A model generated the notes under the pieces. It was not told the origin of the DNA. It searched no databases and saw nothing but the letters and a program-made list of their open reading frames with translations. From positions 1-64,000 of the IMG/VR virus record IMGVR_UViG_3300046532_001046: 64,000 bases of DNA, one strand, 5' to 3'. The DNA comes from a virus. Positions 55,536 through 64,000 of the stretch are shown piece by piece; the first letter of the stretch is position 1, and each line of letters opens with the position of its first letter. The translations under genes were made by a program, and so were the position numbers.

Positions 55536-56406
55536 CGTTACTCCAGCATGTCTTCTTGTACGTGCAGTACTTACACGCTTGGTGGTCCTTAGTGTCTATC
55601 CATTCTGGTCGTGGTGCTATCCTACCCTCACATATGGAGTGTAGTCCAGCACTACAGTTGACTAGAATATCGCTGATAACCTCAGGCTGGTAGGACACCA
55701 CGAACTCCTTGATGTCCTGAGAGGCTTTCCACTCATAAATGAATATCATCTTCTTAATGCCAGTGCAGTGCATGTAGAGGGTGCCCTGCTTCAGATGTGA
55801 CAGGAACGGGCGGTTCACCTCACCCCACATCTGATCAGCCGTGATGTCCCTCTTTGCGTACCTATTGAACAGGGGAAAGTTCTCGTACCGGAAAGTACCA
55901 ATACCTACACTCTTAATCTCAATCAGGTAGTCCTCTCCGTGCAGGTTCACATGGCCGTCAGCGTGCCCGATGATGTGGTGGTCTTCATCATAGAGTGGAA
56001 CCTCTTGGTAGTCCACCTGTTTGGAGTGGCACTCCTCACACACTGGCTTTCCGTACCAGACGTGGGAGCACTCCCTACAGTACCACTGCCCTTGAAGAAG
56101 CCCGATGTCTTGAAGCCACCCCTGCCACTTCCGGTGTATTCGGTTGCCCTCTTCAAAGATGTTGAGGGTCTTAAACTGCTTGGGCTTCTCCGGGTTGGAC
56201 TCCTCATACCCCATCATCCGGTAAGACGACTGACGTACACACCAGTCACGCTTGCAGACTTCACTGGGATGGAAGTGTTCGGTGTCCCGAAGTAGATTCT
56301 TAGCGGTGTAGTCCTCCAGCAAATGGGGATGTATCAGAGACACCAACTTGGCCTTATTCTTCATTGACGCCTTCATGGCCTCAATCTTCCAAGCATCATC
56401 AGTCAT
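55426..56406 (-). CDS. Cas4-like PD-(D/E)xK exonuclease
   Basis: HPSEVC...C.R, G..IH, GHADG, IEIKS, Q..LYM, C..C.Y...CW, plus an inserted Cys4 finger. Confidence 0.88.
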   Translation of the reverse strand: MTDDAWKIEAMKASMKNKAKLVSLIHPHLLEDYTAKNLLRDTEHFHPSEVCKRDWCVRQSSYRMMGYEESNPEKPKQFKTLNIFEEGNRIHRKWQGWLQDIGLLQGQWYCRECSHVWYGKPVCEECHSKQVDYQEVPLYDEDHHIIGHADGHVNLHGEDYLIEIKSVGIGTFRYENFPLFNRYAKRDITADQMWGEVNRPFLSHLKQGTLYMHCTGIKKMIFIYEWKASQDIKEFVVSYQPEVISDILVNCSAGLHSICEGRIAPRPEWIDTKDHQACKYCTYKKTCWSNDDGKGPSEVQSEVRQSEEAGGRYADPAGGTGRVVRR

Positions 56407-56704
56407 CGTGTATCATCTCCAAGAAGTCGTTTTCCAGTAGTACTACATAGGACCGTCCGCCAAGATCAACCTGTAACACAGGAATACGATCCTCCAAAAT
56501 GGCTGTCCTTGACAGTTTAACCATCTCCTGTGACACTATGGAATATGACTTCTTATCCGTAAACTTGTTCTCTACGAGAAGATCAATAGTGCGAACATCA
56601 TTCTTACGCACCCAACCAGCGCCAGACATGACGTTTCTACTGCCATTGTACTTCTCCGCAGTACGCTCCTCCTGCTTCTTAGAGCGCCTGTGGATGTCAG
56701 TCAC
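56399..56704 (-). CDS. small PD-(D/E)xK nuclease (resolvase-like)
   Basis: SKKQE...A....G....SGA...K.DV....LVENK.T. Confidence 0.75.
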   Translation of the reverse strand: MTDIHRRSKKQEERTAEKYNGSRNVMSGAGWVRKNDVRTIDLLVENKFTDKKSYSIVSQEMVKLSRTAILEDRIPVLQVDLGGRSYVVLLENDFLEMIHDD

Positions 56705-57719
56705 TGAGAGTACCCATTAGTTCTACTCGGAGGGCCTCCTGAGCCCCCAGATCGGCTCTGAGAGCCTCTAGGACTTTCTCCTTGCCCTGCCATTTCTCAC
56801 CCTTGTAGGAGTAGAACGCACCGGCTCTGGTAATCACCTCGTAAGCGATGGCAATGTTGACCATGTCCTTAACTGTATCGAAGTCTCCTACGTGGAATCC
56901 TCCAGAGTCAGCGAAATAGAAGTCCACCACGGCTTGCTGCTGAGGTCGGTACGTCTTATTCTTAATAGTACGTCCCTTGATGGTCTGGCCGACGGCGACC
57001 TTCCCGTCCTTGAGCCACTCATCCTTCTTCACTTCTACACGGGTGAAGTAGGAGAAGTTCTTAGCCAACCCGCCGGGGGTGGTGCGTGGGTCTCCCCACA
57101 TCACCCCGATCTTCTGTCGCCACTGGTTGATGATGAGCCCGGTACAGCCTCGGTCCTCAGAAACCAGAGAACGCCTCTGAGCCTTAGCAGACTTCCTAAA
57201 GAACTTACCAGTGAGGCGAGCACCCAGACCAACGGTGAACTCATCCATACTCTTCTCGTACTCGGTCTCCGGCACTAATGCAGGCAGGGAGTCCAGCACA
57301 ACACAGTCCACGGCTCGGTTGTCCATAGCCCTGACGATTAGGTCGTATGCCTGTTCCATGAGGTTGGTCTCAACCACCCACAGGCGGTCTAGGTCCACAC
57401 CAATTGACTCGGCGTACTCTGGCACGTACTCCTCTGCTGCCACCCACATGGCAGTCCAGTTGGGGTCCAGTGCTTGGTTTGCAGCAATGGTCTTGTAGGC
57501 AACAGCGGTCTTGCCGGATGACTCATCCCCTACGATCTCTGACCACTGGTTGACAGGCCAGCCGCCACCCAACATCAGATCAAAGGCCAGCATACCAGTC
57601 GTGATGCGTGGGAGAGCCTCCTGTATCCGGCTCCCCTGTACTATTACTTCGCTACCTAACTTCTTGTTAACCTCTCGTGCAATCTCTTCTAACGTCTCGT
57701 ATCTCGTAGTACCCGTCAC
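56697..57719 (-). CDS. recA: RecA/UvsX recombinase
   Basis: GGGWP, GDESSGKT, VVLDSL.AL.P, IINQ.R.KIGVM.G.P.TTPGG. Confidence 0.95.
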   Translation of the reverse strand: MTGTTRYETLEEIAREVNKKLGSEVIVQGSRIQEALPRITTGMLAFDLMLGGGWPVNQWSEIVGDESSGKTAVAYKTIAANQALDPNWTAMWVAAEEYVPEYAESIGVDLDRLWVVETNLMEQAYDLIVRAMDNRAVDCVVLDSLPALVPETEYEKSMDEFTVGLGARLTGKFFRKSAKAQRRSLVSEDRGCTGLIINQWRQKIGVMWGDPRTTPGGLAKNFSYFTRVEVKKDEWLKDGKVAVGQTIKGRTIKNKTYRPQQQAVVDFYFADSGGFHVGDFDTVKDMVNIAIAYEVITRAGAFYSYKGEKWQGKEKVLEALRADLGAQEALRVELMGTLSD

Positions 57720-57737
57720 CTAGTACCCTTCTTGTTG

Positions 57738-58160
57738 TTACGCTATCCAGTTTGCTTCCGACCCCTGATTGTATATGCCGTTCCAACCGCACTCATAGCA
57801 GCGTGGAGCGGGGGCATTACCGTTGATACCAGCACCTGCCCCCTTAGCCATACGAGAGAACACGTTACCACTCCCACACTCCGGGCAGGTGTTATTCCCT
57901 TCCTTGCGAGCCGCTTCCCCACCCTGCCAGTTGCGTATTGCTTCACCAATAGTCGTCTGACCGGTGGGGTCTGACCTCTGTTCAGTATTAACCGCCGCCG
58001 CCTGAGCCATGTACTGAGCCTGCGGCGTGGGCTGGGTCGTCAGAGGGACGCCCAGCACCCCCGGAGGGGTAAAACGCAAAGTAGGGGTGCTGCCCTCACG
58101 GGCAGGGGCTTTAGGGGCTACTGCCTTACCAGCCAGCCGATCTGACCACCAATCGCTCAT
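57738..58160 (-). CDS. zinc-ribbon protein
   Basis: CPECGS.N...RCYECG. Confidence 0.75.
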   Translation of the reverse strand: MSDWWSDRLAGKAVAPKAPAREGSTPTLRFTPPGVLGVPLTTQPTPQAQYMAQAAAVNTEQRSDPTGQTTIGEAIRNWQGGEAARKEGNNTCPECGSGNVFSRMAKGAGAGINGNAPAPRCYECGWNGIYNQGSEANWIA

Positions 58161-58170
58161 GTACTACTCC

Positions 58171-58647
58171 TCAGTCAACTTGTAGGTTAGACAATGTGAT
58201 CAAGTCTTCATCCAACAACTTAGAAACCGAGGCTACCAGACAACCGAGTACGGTGTTATAGGTTGAATCCTTGATATGGCGGTGCATCTTGCGAAGTTCC
58301 CCTAGTGGTACGTAGTTCAAAGCCATAAAGTCGTCTTCATCCTCGGTGTTACTAGGGTCGAACCCAACACCAACCATCTCGTCATCGTCCAACCCATCAG
58401 GCAGCATGTTGTCGTCCACCATGATGTCTGACATCCAATCAGCAGTGTCTGACAAAGATTCAACGATTCCCGCCATGGTCAAGTACGACCAACTGCGGAG
58501 GATGTCTCTCTCCTCCTCCTCAAACACGTCATCAGACGAAGGAAGAATACCAGCGTTAGACGCTATGTCCTGCTTGTCAGGGGGCGACAGCATGTTGTAG
58601 AAGTTACGCTTCGCTGAGTCCGTTACTTGGCTGTACACGTCGCTCAT
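58171..58647 (-). CDS. acidic hypothetical protein
   Basis: 158 aa, TAATG-coupled to polA. Confidence 0.7.
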   Translation of the reverse strand: MSDVYSQVTDSAKRNFYNMLSPPDKQDIASNAGILPSSDDVFEEEERDILRSWSYLTMAGIVESLSDTADWMSDIMVDDNMLPDGLDDDEMVGVGFDPSNTEDEDDFMALNYVPLGELRKMHRHIKDSTYNTVLGCLVASVSKLLDEDLITLSNLQVD

Positions 58648-60710
58648 TAGCCCTTAGCCTCATACCAAGTCACACCAGAATGGGAGGAAACTATCAACGG
58701 AACGTCCTTTATGGACTTGCAGTGGCCCATCGCTTCTCTCAGAGCCTCTGCCTTTAAGTCTACATCACCAGTATCGGGTACGTTGACAACTAACTCATCG
58801 TGCACCTGAACGAGCAACTTACCACCGAAGGCAGTCACCACTGGGAACGCCTTTATCATGGCTTTCTTGCAGATATCGGAGGCACTTCCCTGTACTACAG
58901 CGTTGACTGCCTGTCTTTCCGCCCTAGCACGTAACTCCTCCTTTGAAGAGTTTATGTCGGGCAATCTACGGCGGCGCCCGGAGATCGTAGTCACAAACCC
59001 ATCTCGCTGGGCTTGGGCAACAATCTTACGCTTCCACTTGGTCAATCCAGAGAACTGTGCGTAGTACTGGTTGATAACGAACTTAGCCCGTGTCTGGGTA
59101 ATACCTGCCGTAGCCGCTAGTTTCGCAGAGCCACCCCCGTAGGCAGTGAGGAAGTTGGCAGCCTTTCCCAGTTGTCTTTCCTCAGGGGTAACGTCCTCTA
59201 CAGCCTTATCGAAGACCAATGCCGCAGCACCTGAGTGGATGTCAATACCTTTGAGGAAAATGTCCATCATGTTGGGGTCCCGGCTGAACATCGCCATGAC
59301 CCTGAGTTCAATCTGATCGTAGTCAGCCACGATTAGAGTACAGTCAGGGTCTGCCTTGAACAGCCCACGGATGCTGGAGTCACGGGGAATGTTCTGAAGG
59401 TTAGGATTGGAGGAAGAAAGCCGCCCTGTGGCAGTCCGGTGGAGGTGAAAGTTGGGGTGCAGCCTCTCCTTGTTGATCTTCTCCAAAAGACCATCCACGT
59501 AGGTGCTTTTCAGTTTCTTGTATTCCGACCACGCTAAGAACAACGGTATTACTGGGTGCTTGGATTCTAGGGCCTTCAGGGACTCATGGTCTACTGATGC
59601 CTGACCTTTCTCGGTCTCCTTGTTAGGCTTTAGTCCCAATCCACCGTCGGCCTTCTTATCAAACAGAAACAAGCGCTTGTCTTTAACAGAGTCAGGGTTG
59701 AATCCGGGGTAGGTCAGGGCAGTGATCTCTAAGTGAGTTTCCTGCATCTTCCCATCCAGTTCCTTACCCAGTGCCGCCATACCGGAGCGGTTGACGCACA
59801 TACCATTGTGCTCCATAGCCATGAGCACCTCTAATACCTCTGAGTCCTGTGTGAACACATCCATCAGTTTGTCGATGCCCTTTACAGAGCGGACCAGCCG
59901 CTGGTACAACAGCCATGTCCAACGGGCGTCAAGGTGAACGTAATCACAGGCTATTGAGAACGGGGTACGTCCAATAACTGCTCCCACCTTCCCATGTCTT
60001 GCATAGGGATCATGTCCGTGGAAGTTGTTGGATAGCAGAGAGGTCAGCCGGAAGGACGGTAGGTTTTCGTCCAGAGTGTGCTGTAGCAGCATGGTGTCAT
60101 GGAACGGTCCCACCGGTAGTTCTCCGTAGTACTTCGCTATGGTGCGAGCATCGAACTTGACGTTGTGTCCCACCTTGATAATGGCCGGATCAAAGAACAA
60201 AGGTTTCAATGCTGCAAAGACCTCTGTACGGGACAACTGCTCCGGGGGGTCGGAGTACACGGCAGGCTTCAGGTACCTAGCCTTAGCCATAGACCCAGTG
60301 CCGTCCTTTAGTATCTTTCGGTAGTTCGCTGGAGGTACCGTCTTACCATCCCCCCGCTCCTCCTCCTCTATGATTTCCCCCTTAGGGTGACCCATAGGTA
60401 TGGCCCAAGAGTGACCATGCGTAGCAATACCCATCCAGATAACCTCATTCCGATGAGGGTCCAGAGCGATGCTCTTGGTGGTGGCATCCACTTTGGTTGT
60501 CCTAGTCCGCGCAATGACGGACTCAGAGGTGGTCTTAAGCCCCAGTACATGACTACGTACCTGTTGCTCTACGAACTCCCCCAGATCCGGGTGGTGCTCA
60601 AGAACCCCTAGAGTCTCCACATCGAAAGCAAATGCTCCCGCCTGAGTAACGGTAGCAACTACCTCGTGGATTTCCGAGAGGGTTAGTAAATAGCGGGGGC
60701 CGGGCAGCAA
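58647..60710 (-). CDS. polA: family A DNA polymerase with 3'-5' exonuclease
   Basis: FDVET, GHNVKFD, TGRLSS.NPNLQNIP, ADYDQIELR, KAANF..AYG, QVHDEL; probable TTG start at 60710. Confidence 0.96.
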   Translation of the reverse strand: MLPGPRYLLTLSEIHEVVATVTQAGAFAFDVETLGVLEHHPDLGEFVEQQVRSHVLGLKTTSESVIARTRTTKVDATTKSIALDPHRNEVIWMGIATHGHSWAIPMGHPKGEIIEEEERGDGKTVPPANYRKILKDGTGSMAKARYLKPAVYSDPPEQLSRTEVFAALKPLFFDPAIIKVGHNVKFDARTIAKYYGELPVGPFHDTMLLQHTLDENLPSFRLTSLLSNNFHGHDPYARHGKVGAVIGRTPFSIACDYVHLDARWTWLLYQRLVRSVKGIDKLMDVFTQDSEVLEVLMAMEHNGMCVNRSGMAALGKELDGKMQETHLEITALTYPGFNPDSVKDKRLFLFDKKADGGLGLKPNKETEKGQASVDHESLKALESKHPVIPLFLAWSEYKKLKSTYVDGLLEKINKERLHPNFHLHRTATGRLSSSNPNLQNIPRDSSIRGLFKADPDCTLIVADYDQIELRVMAMFSRDPNMMDIFLKGIDIHSGAAALVFDKAVEDVTPEERQLGKAANFLTAYGGGSAKLAATAGITQTRAKFVINQYYAQFSGLTKWKRKIVAQAQRDGFVTTISGRRRRLPDINSSKEELRARAERQAVNAVVQGSASDICKKAMIKAFPVVTAFGGKLLVQVHDELVVNVPDTGDVDLKAEALREAMGHCKSIKDVPLIVSSHSGVTWYEAKG

Positions 60711-60744
60711 GGAAGGGGAACTACTCCGACCCCCGCTAAACTTG

Positions 60745-61395
60745 TTAGACGAGTCCAACGTCTTCATTGACGATGGTGACCATCTCAGCGTGAGTAGAGA
60801 TACGCATGATGTCAGCGTCATACGCCTTTTCTGTGGCCTGTGTCAGAGCCTCTGCGGACAAGGGCTCTACGTTCCACTCTTCCTTCAAGTCCCGCTCCTT
60901 GATGAGCAGGTGGTTGTACTGGGTCTGTGGGCCAGTGCCGTTGCGGCTAACCGCCCAGTAGTGCTTGGACAAGGGTCCCTGACGCTCATCCTCACTGAAG
61001 TTGCGAAGGGTGGCAATCACACGAGTGCCTGCCTCATAGGAGCGCAATGATGGCTCCTCGCCACGAGCCAACACCAGCACGTTAAAGCCGAACAAGGGGC
61101 GGGGGCGGTTTCCGGCGTCGCACAGGGGACAGCCATTGCTGTCCATGCCGTCCCTACACACAAAGGACTTCTGACCGGTCCTGCTGACCCAGTGCTGCTT
61201 CCACGCGGCGTAGGGCTCGTCCTGTATGAACTTGATCAGCACAGCGTCTGGTCCAGTCTTTAAGCGAACGGCATAGTTGGCGTCGTCCTGCTTCATACTG
61301 TCCACGGCAGCCCAGCCCGAGCGGATCACCTTTCGGACATTCTCAGTTTCAGTTGGTGTGGCAGAATCCTCTGTCACGGCATATTCAATAGGCAT
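60745..61395 (-). CDS. single-stranded DNA-binding protein (gp32-like)
   Basis: IKF......W.QHW....SFVC.....CPLC, V.R.GTG..T.Y; adjacent to polA. Confidence 0.75.
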   Translation of the reverse strand: MPIEYAVTEDSATPTETENVRKVIRSGWAAVDSMKQDDANYAVRLKTGPDAVLIKFIQDEPYAAWKQHWVSRTGQKSFVCRDGMDSNGCPLCDAGNRPRPLFGFNVLVLARGEEPSLRSYEAGTRVIATLRNFSEDERQGPLSKHYWAVSRNGTGPQTQYNHLLIKERDLKEEWNVEPLSAEALTQATEKAYDADIMRISTHAEMVTIVNEDVGLV

Positions 61396-61416
61396 AATCG
61401 TCTCTCGTTTCTGTCG

Positions 61417-61917
61417 TTACACCGGCCACTGCGTGGAGGTGTGTTTCTTAAAGCCAGTCCAATCGGCTTTCTTGTGTTCGTTAAGGCGATAAGCCTCAAC
61501 GGCGGTAAGCAGAAAGACTACCTGCTCCCGACTGTAGAGACGGCGACCCTTAGGTTCACCGCCCTGAACCCCTACACCCCTCGGGGCTGGGGTGCGATAG
61601 TTGGCGTGTGGAATCCACCCGCTGCTTTCCCACTTGCGAATAGTCACAGCCTTGCGGTGCAGCAACTTCGCTAACTCACCGATGGAATAGAACTCCCTCA
61701 GTTCTCCTCCCACCTTGTATCTTGTGAACTTGGCTGCGTCTAACACCTCATCCATAATCGTCTTTGATTTAGGGCTATCTTCTCGATTTCGTGGGGGGGT
61801 ACTACCCGGATAGTCACTTTCCTCAGAATCTACATCTTCCATAAGATCAGAATGATCACGCTTCATCAAGTGCTGGAAGTACGTGTTGGACTTGGTGCTC
61901 ATAGTTTGAAAGCCCAC
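61417..61917 (-). CDS. MerR-like winged HTH DNA-binding protein
   Basis: YSIGELAKLL.RK.VTIRKWE..G.IP...RRLYS. Confidence 0.82.
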   Translation of the reverse strand: MGFQTMSTKSNTYFQHLMKRDHSDLMEDVDSEESDYPGSTPPRNREDSPKSKTIMDEVLDAAKFTRYKVGGELREFYSIGELAKLLHRKAVTIRKWESSGWIPHANYRTPAPRGVGVQGGEPKGRRLYSREQVVFLLTAVEAYRLNEHKKADWTGFKKHTSTQWPV

Positions 61918-62306
61918 GTCTCACGCTCTACATAGAAAGCCTCAATCTCTGATCTGATAGCAGGATCATCCCACGCTAAGGCGAGGACCTTGTCCTCACT
62001 CAGCCTCTCAATCACTTCACTAACAGCATCCCACAGACCAGTTGCCTTGGCCCACTCCGCACATGCCGCTGCGTCAAACGACTTACTGACTCGGCGCTCG
62101 CGCTTGAGTTTGTGCTCCCCCACCTCAAACCAGCGGTGCCCATTCTCCCCTTCGTACCCACGTTCGTCCACTAGTTCTATCAGTTTGACCTTTAGTCCGT
62201 CGGCTCGCTTCTTTGATGTATCCGCCATATCCTTGGCAGCCTTGTACTCCTGCACGAGCCTCAGATTGAAGACAGCGTCGTCATAATCGTCATAATCGTC
62301 CATCAC
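61899..62306 (-). CDS. coiled-coil protein, Gam/gp157-like architecture
   Basis: Coiled coil, then KRERR, DEDK-like and TWAF motifs. Confidence 0.6.
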   Translation of the reverse strand: MMDDYDDYDDAVFNLRLVQEYKAAKDMADTSKKRADGLKVKLIELVDERGYEGENGHRWFEVGEHKLKRERRVSKSFDAAACAEWAKATGLWDAVSEVIERLSEDKVLALAWDDPAIRSEIEAFYVERETWAFKL

Positions 62307-63841
62307 ACCTCCGATGATGATAGGAAGTCGGACAACGAGCCCAGTGTTATCTCGTACCGACCTTGGGAATCATAGCCCTTGTCAATGAAGGCCCTGTTAA
62401 TCAGGCGCTTCTCTTGTAGCATCTCGTACTGTCGCTCCTCAATGCTCCCACGCATGACAAACGAGGTCACAGTGACGTGCGGAAACTCTGAGGACAACCT
62501 GATGATACGTGACTCACGTTGATCCAACTTCCCTGCCGACCACGGTAGGTCGTAACTTATCAGATGGTTAGCCATCGGGAGGTCAACTCCGTAGCCCCCC
62601 GCATCCGACGACAGGAACAAGCGGGTGTCGGGGTCGTTGGCGAACTTCTGCTTGGCAGCATCCTTCTCTTGCGAAGACATACCCCCCATGAACACGACAC
62701 TCCCAACCTTTCCGTGAAAGGCCAGTCGCAGAAGTTCAAGGTTCATCCTAAAGAACGAGAAGAGCACGACCTTGTTGTTGGCATCTTCGTCCAGAATGTT
62801 GGTCACGTACTCAACAACAGCATCCAACTTAGGTGAACGGGTAGCAGCCTTAACCCAACCCGCCTTGACTATTGCACTGGCATAAGCACTACCCTTACCT
62901 GAGGATTCGTCATACTGTCTGGCCGAAGTACGAACCAACTCCGGGTTGTCGCAGAGCATCCTAAGGACGGTGAGGCGGGCCATGATTTCCCCTTGGGCCT
63001 CCCCTCCAGCAGAGTTGTAATGCCTCCAAAGATCGAAACCTCTACCTGACTTACCTATGGCCTCGTGTATCTTCTTGAGCAGATCATTGGCAATGTTCTT
63101 GTATGCCTTAGCCCCGGAGACATCAAAGGGGACCGGCACTACTGTGCTGATGACCTCAGGCAACTGGTCCTGAATGTCCTCACGGGTCTTGCGAATCATT
63201 ATGTCGGACAGGCTGTCGTGGAGAGTGTTCAGGTTCCTGTACTTCACCGCTTTCCCCCATGAGTCCCTGACGATGAAGGTCCGATCAAACAGAGCGAAGC
63301 CTCCAAGGACTGACGGGTCAACGAACTCCATGATGGAGAACAGTTCCTCGGGTCGGTTCTCAATGGGCTGGCCGGTGAGGGCGTAGCGATATGGCACTGT
63401 CTTGCCCAGCCGCTTGAGGAAGCGTGAGCGCTTCGCAGACGGGGATTTGATCATCGTGGCCTCGTCTATGACCATAGCGTCAATACGAATACGGTCAAGG
63501 TAATACAGGTCTCGTTGCAGCATCTCCACGTTCACGATCACGTACTTGCATGAGATGGCTGCACGCCACAGAGTCTCACGGGCCTTGGGGGCTCCGTCTA
63601 TGACGATGGCACGGGAGGTGGAGAAGCGGTTGATTTCAGACAACCACTGGTACTTCAACGATGATGGTACAACTATCAACGCCCTAGAGATGTCGTCCCG
63701 CTCAAACATGGTCTCTAAGGTGGCTATGGTGGTAGGAGTCTTACCGGCTCCCATGACCATGCAGAGCATCATCTGCCCACGATCACACATGGTCTCGTAG
63801 GCTTCTTCTTGGAAGGGGTACAGGGTACCTGTGAAGGGCAT
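62303..63841 (-). CDS. SNF2-family helicase
   Basis: MGAGKT, IDEAT.IK, LTGQPIEN, AGGYGVDL, QRESRI.R; start moved to MPFTG (TGATG overlap). Confidence 0.93.
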   Translation of the reverse strand: MPFTGTLYPFQEEAYETMCDRGQMMLCMVMGAGKTPTTIATLETMFERDDISRALIVVPSSLKYQWLSEINRFSTSRAIVIDGAPKARETLWRAAISCKYVIVNVEMLQRDLYYLDRIRIDAMVIDEATMIKSPSAKRSRFLKRLGKTVPYRYALTGQPIENRPEELFSIMEFVDPSVLGGFALFDRTFIVRDSWGKAVKYRNLNTLHDSLSDIMIRKTREDIQDQLPEVISTVVPVPFDVSGAKAYKNIANDLLKKIHEAIGKSGRGFDLWRHYNSAGGEAQGEIMARLTVLRMLCDNPELVRTSARQYDESSGKGSAYASAIVKAGWVKAATRSPKLDAVVEYVTNILDEDANNKVVLFSFFRMNLELLRLAFHGKVGSVVFMGGMSSQEKDAAKQKFANDPDTRLFLSSDAGGYGVDLPMANHLISYDLPWSAGKLDQRESRIIRLSSEFPHVTVTSFVMRGSIEERQYEMLQEKRLINRAFIDKGYDSQGRYEITLGSLSDFLSSSEV

Positions 63842-64000
63842 CACAACCACCAAGGGAGGGCTGACGCACCGGTCAGTGCCTCTTCTAGTTCATCATTCGT
63901 CATGTCGCCAATATCTTTTGCGTTCGTATGTTCATAGCGCAGGAAGTTGATGCCACCCCGTGGCCTCGGGCAATCCCGAGCAACCCTCTCGGCAGCACAG
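63841..64000 (-). CDS. DNA primase (TOPRIM) C-terminal fragment
   Basis: Manually read ...INFLRYEHTNAKDIGDMTNDELEEAL..., KDxGDM motif. Confidence 0.7.
   Translation of the reverse strand, partial: CAAERVARDCPRPRGGINFLRYEHTNAKDIGDMTNDELEEALTGASALPWWL

Overview
This window is a 64-kb stretch of a large tailed bacteriophage genome, almost entirely minus-strand, with no integrase, capsid or terminase in view. The host is most likely an actinobacterium, probably of the Acidimicrobiia (WhiB, actinobacterial-type ferredoxin, many leaderless TANNNT-N6-ATG gene starts). Reading right to left, in the direction of transcription: (1) a replication/recombination block (primase fragment, SNF2 helicase, SSB, PolA, RecA, Cas4-like exonuclease, two resolvase-like nucleases, SpoVS); (2) small low-complexity genes, WhiB and a secreted transglycosylase; (3) a GC-rich early/host-takeover region driven by a repeated strong promoter, with an Ocr-like protein, a second SNF2 helicase, DUF932 and DUF6011; (4) a cluster of probable virion-internal cargo proteins sharing short peptide tags (ParB-like, ART-like and zincin-like domains); (5) a palindromic 22-bp tandem array and a class II ribonucleotide reductase; (6) a tandemly repeated tail-fibre cassette; (7) an accessory operon with a giant Glu/Trp-rich lipoprotein, a ferredoxin and a PL14-like lyase. 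The most striking unexplained element is an 80-nt miniature tmRNA consisting only of the tRNA-like domain (G3-U alanine identity, no tag reading frame), written in frame inside the transglycosylase gene at 46290-46369. All family calls come from motif recognition by eye; no searches were run.
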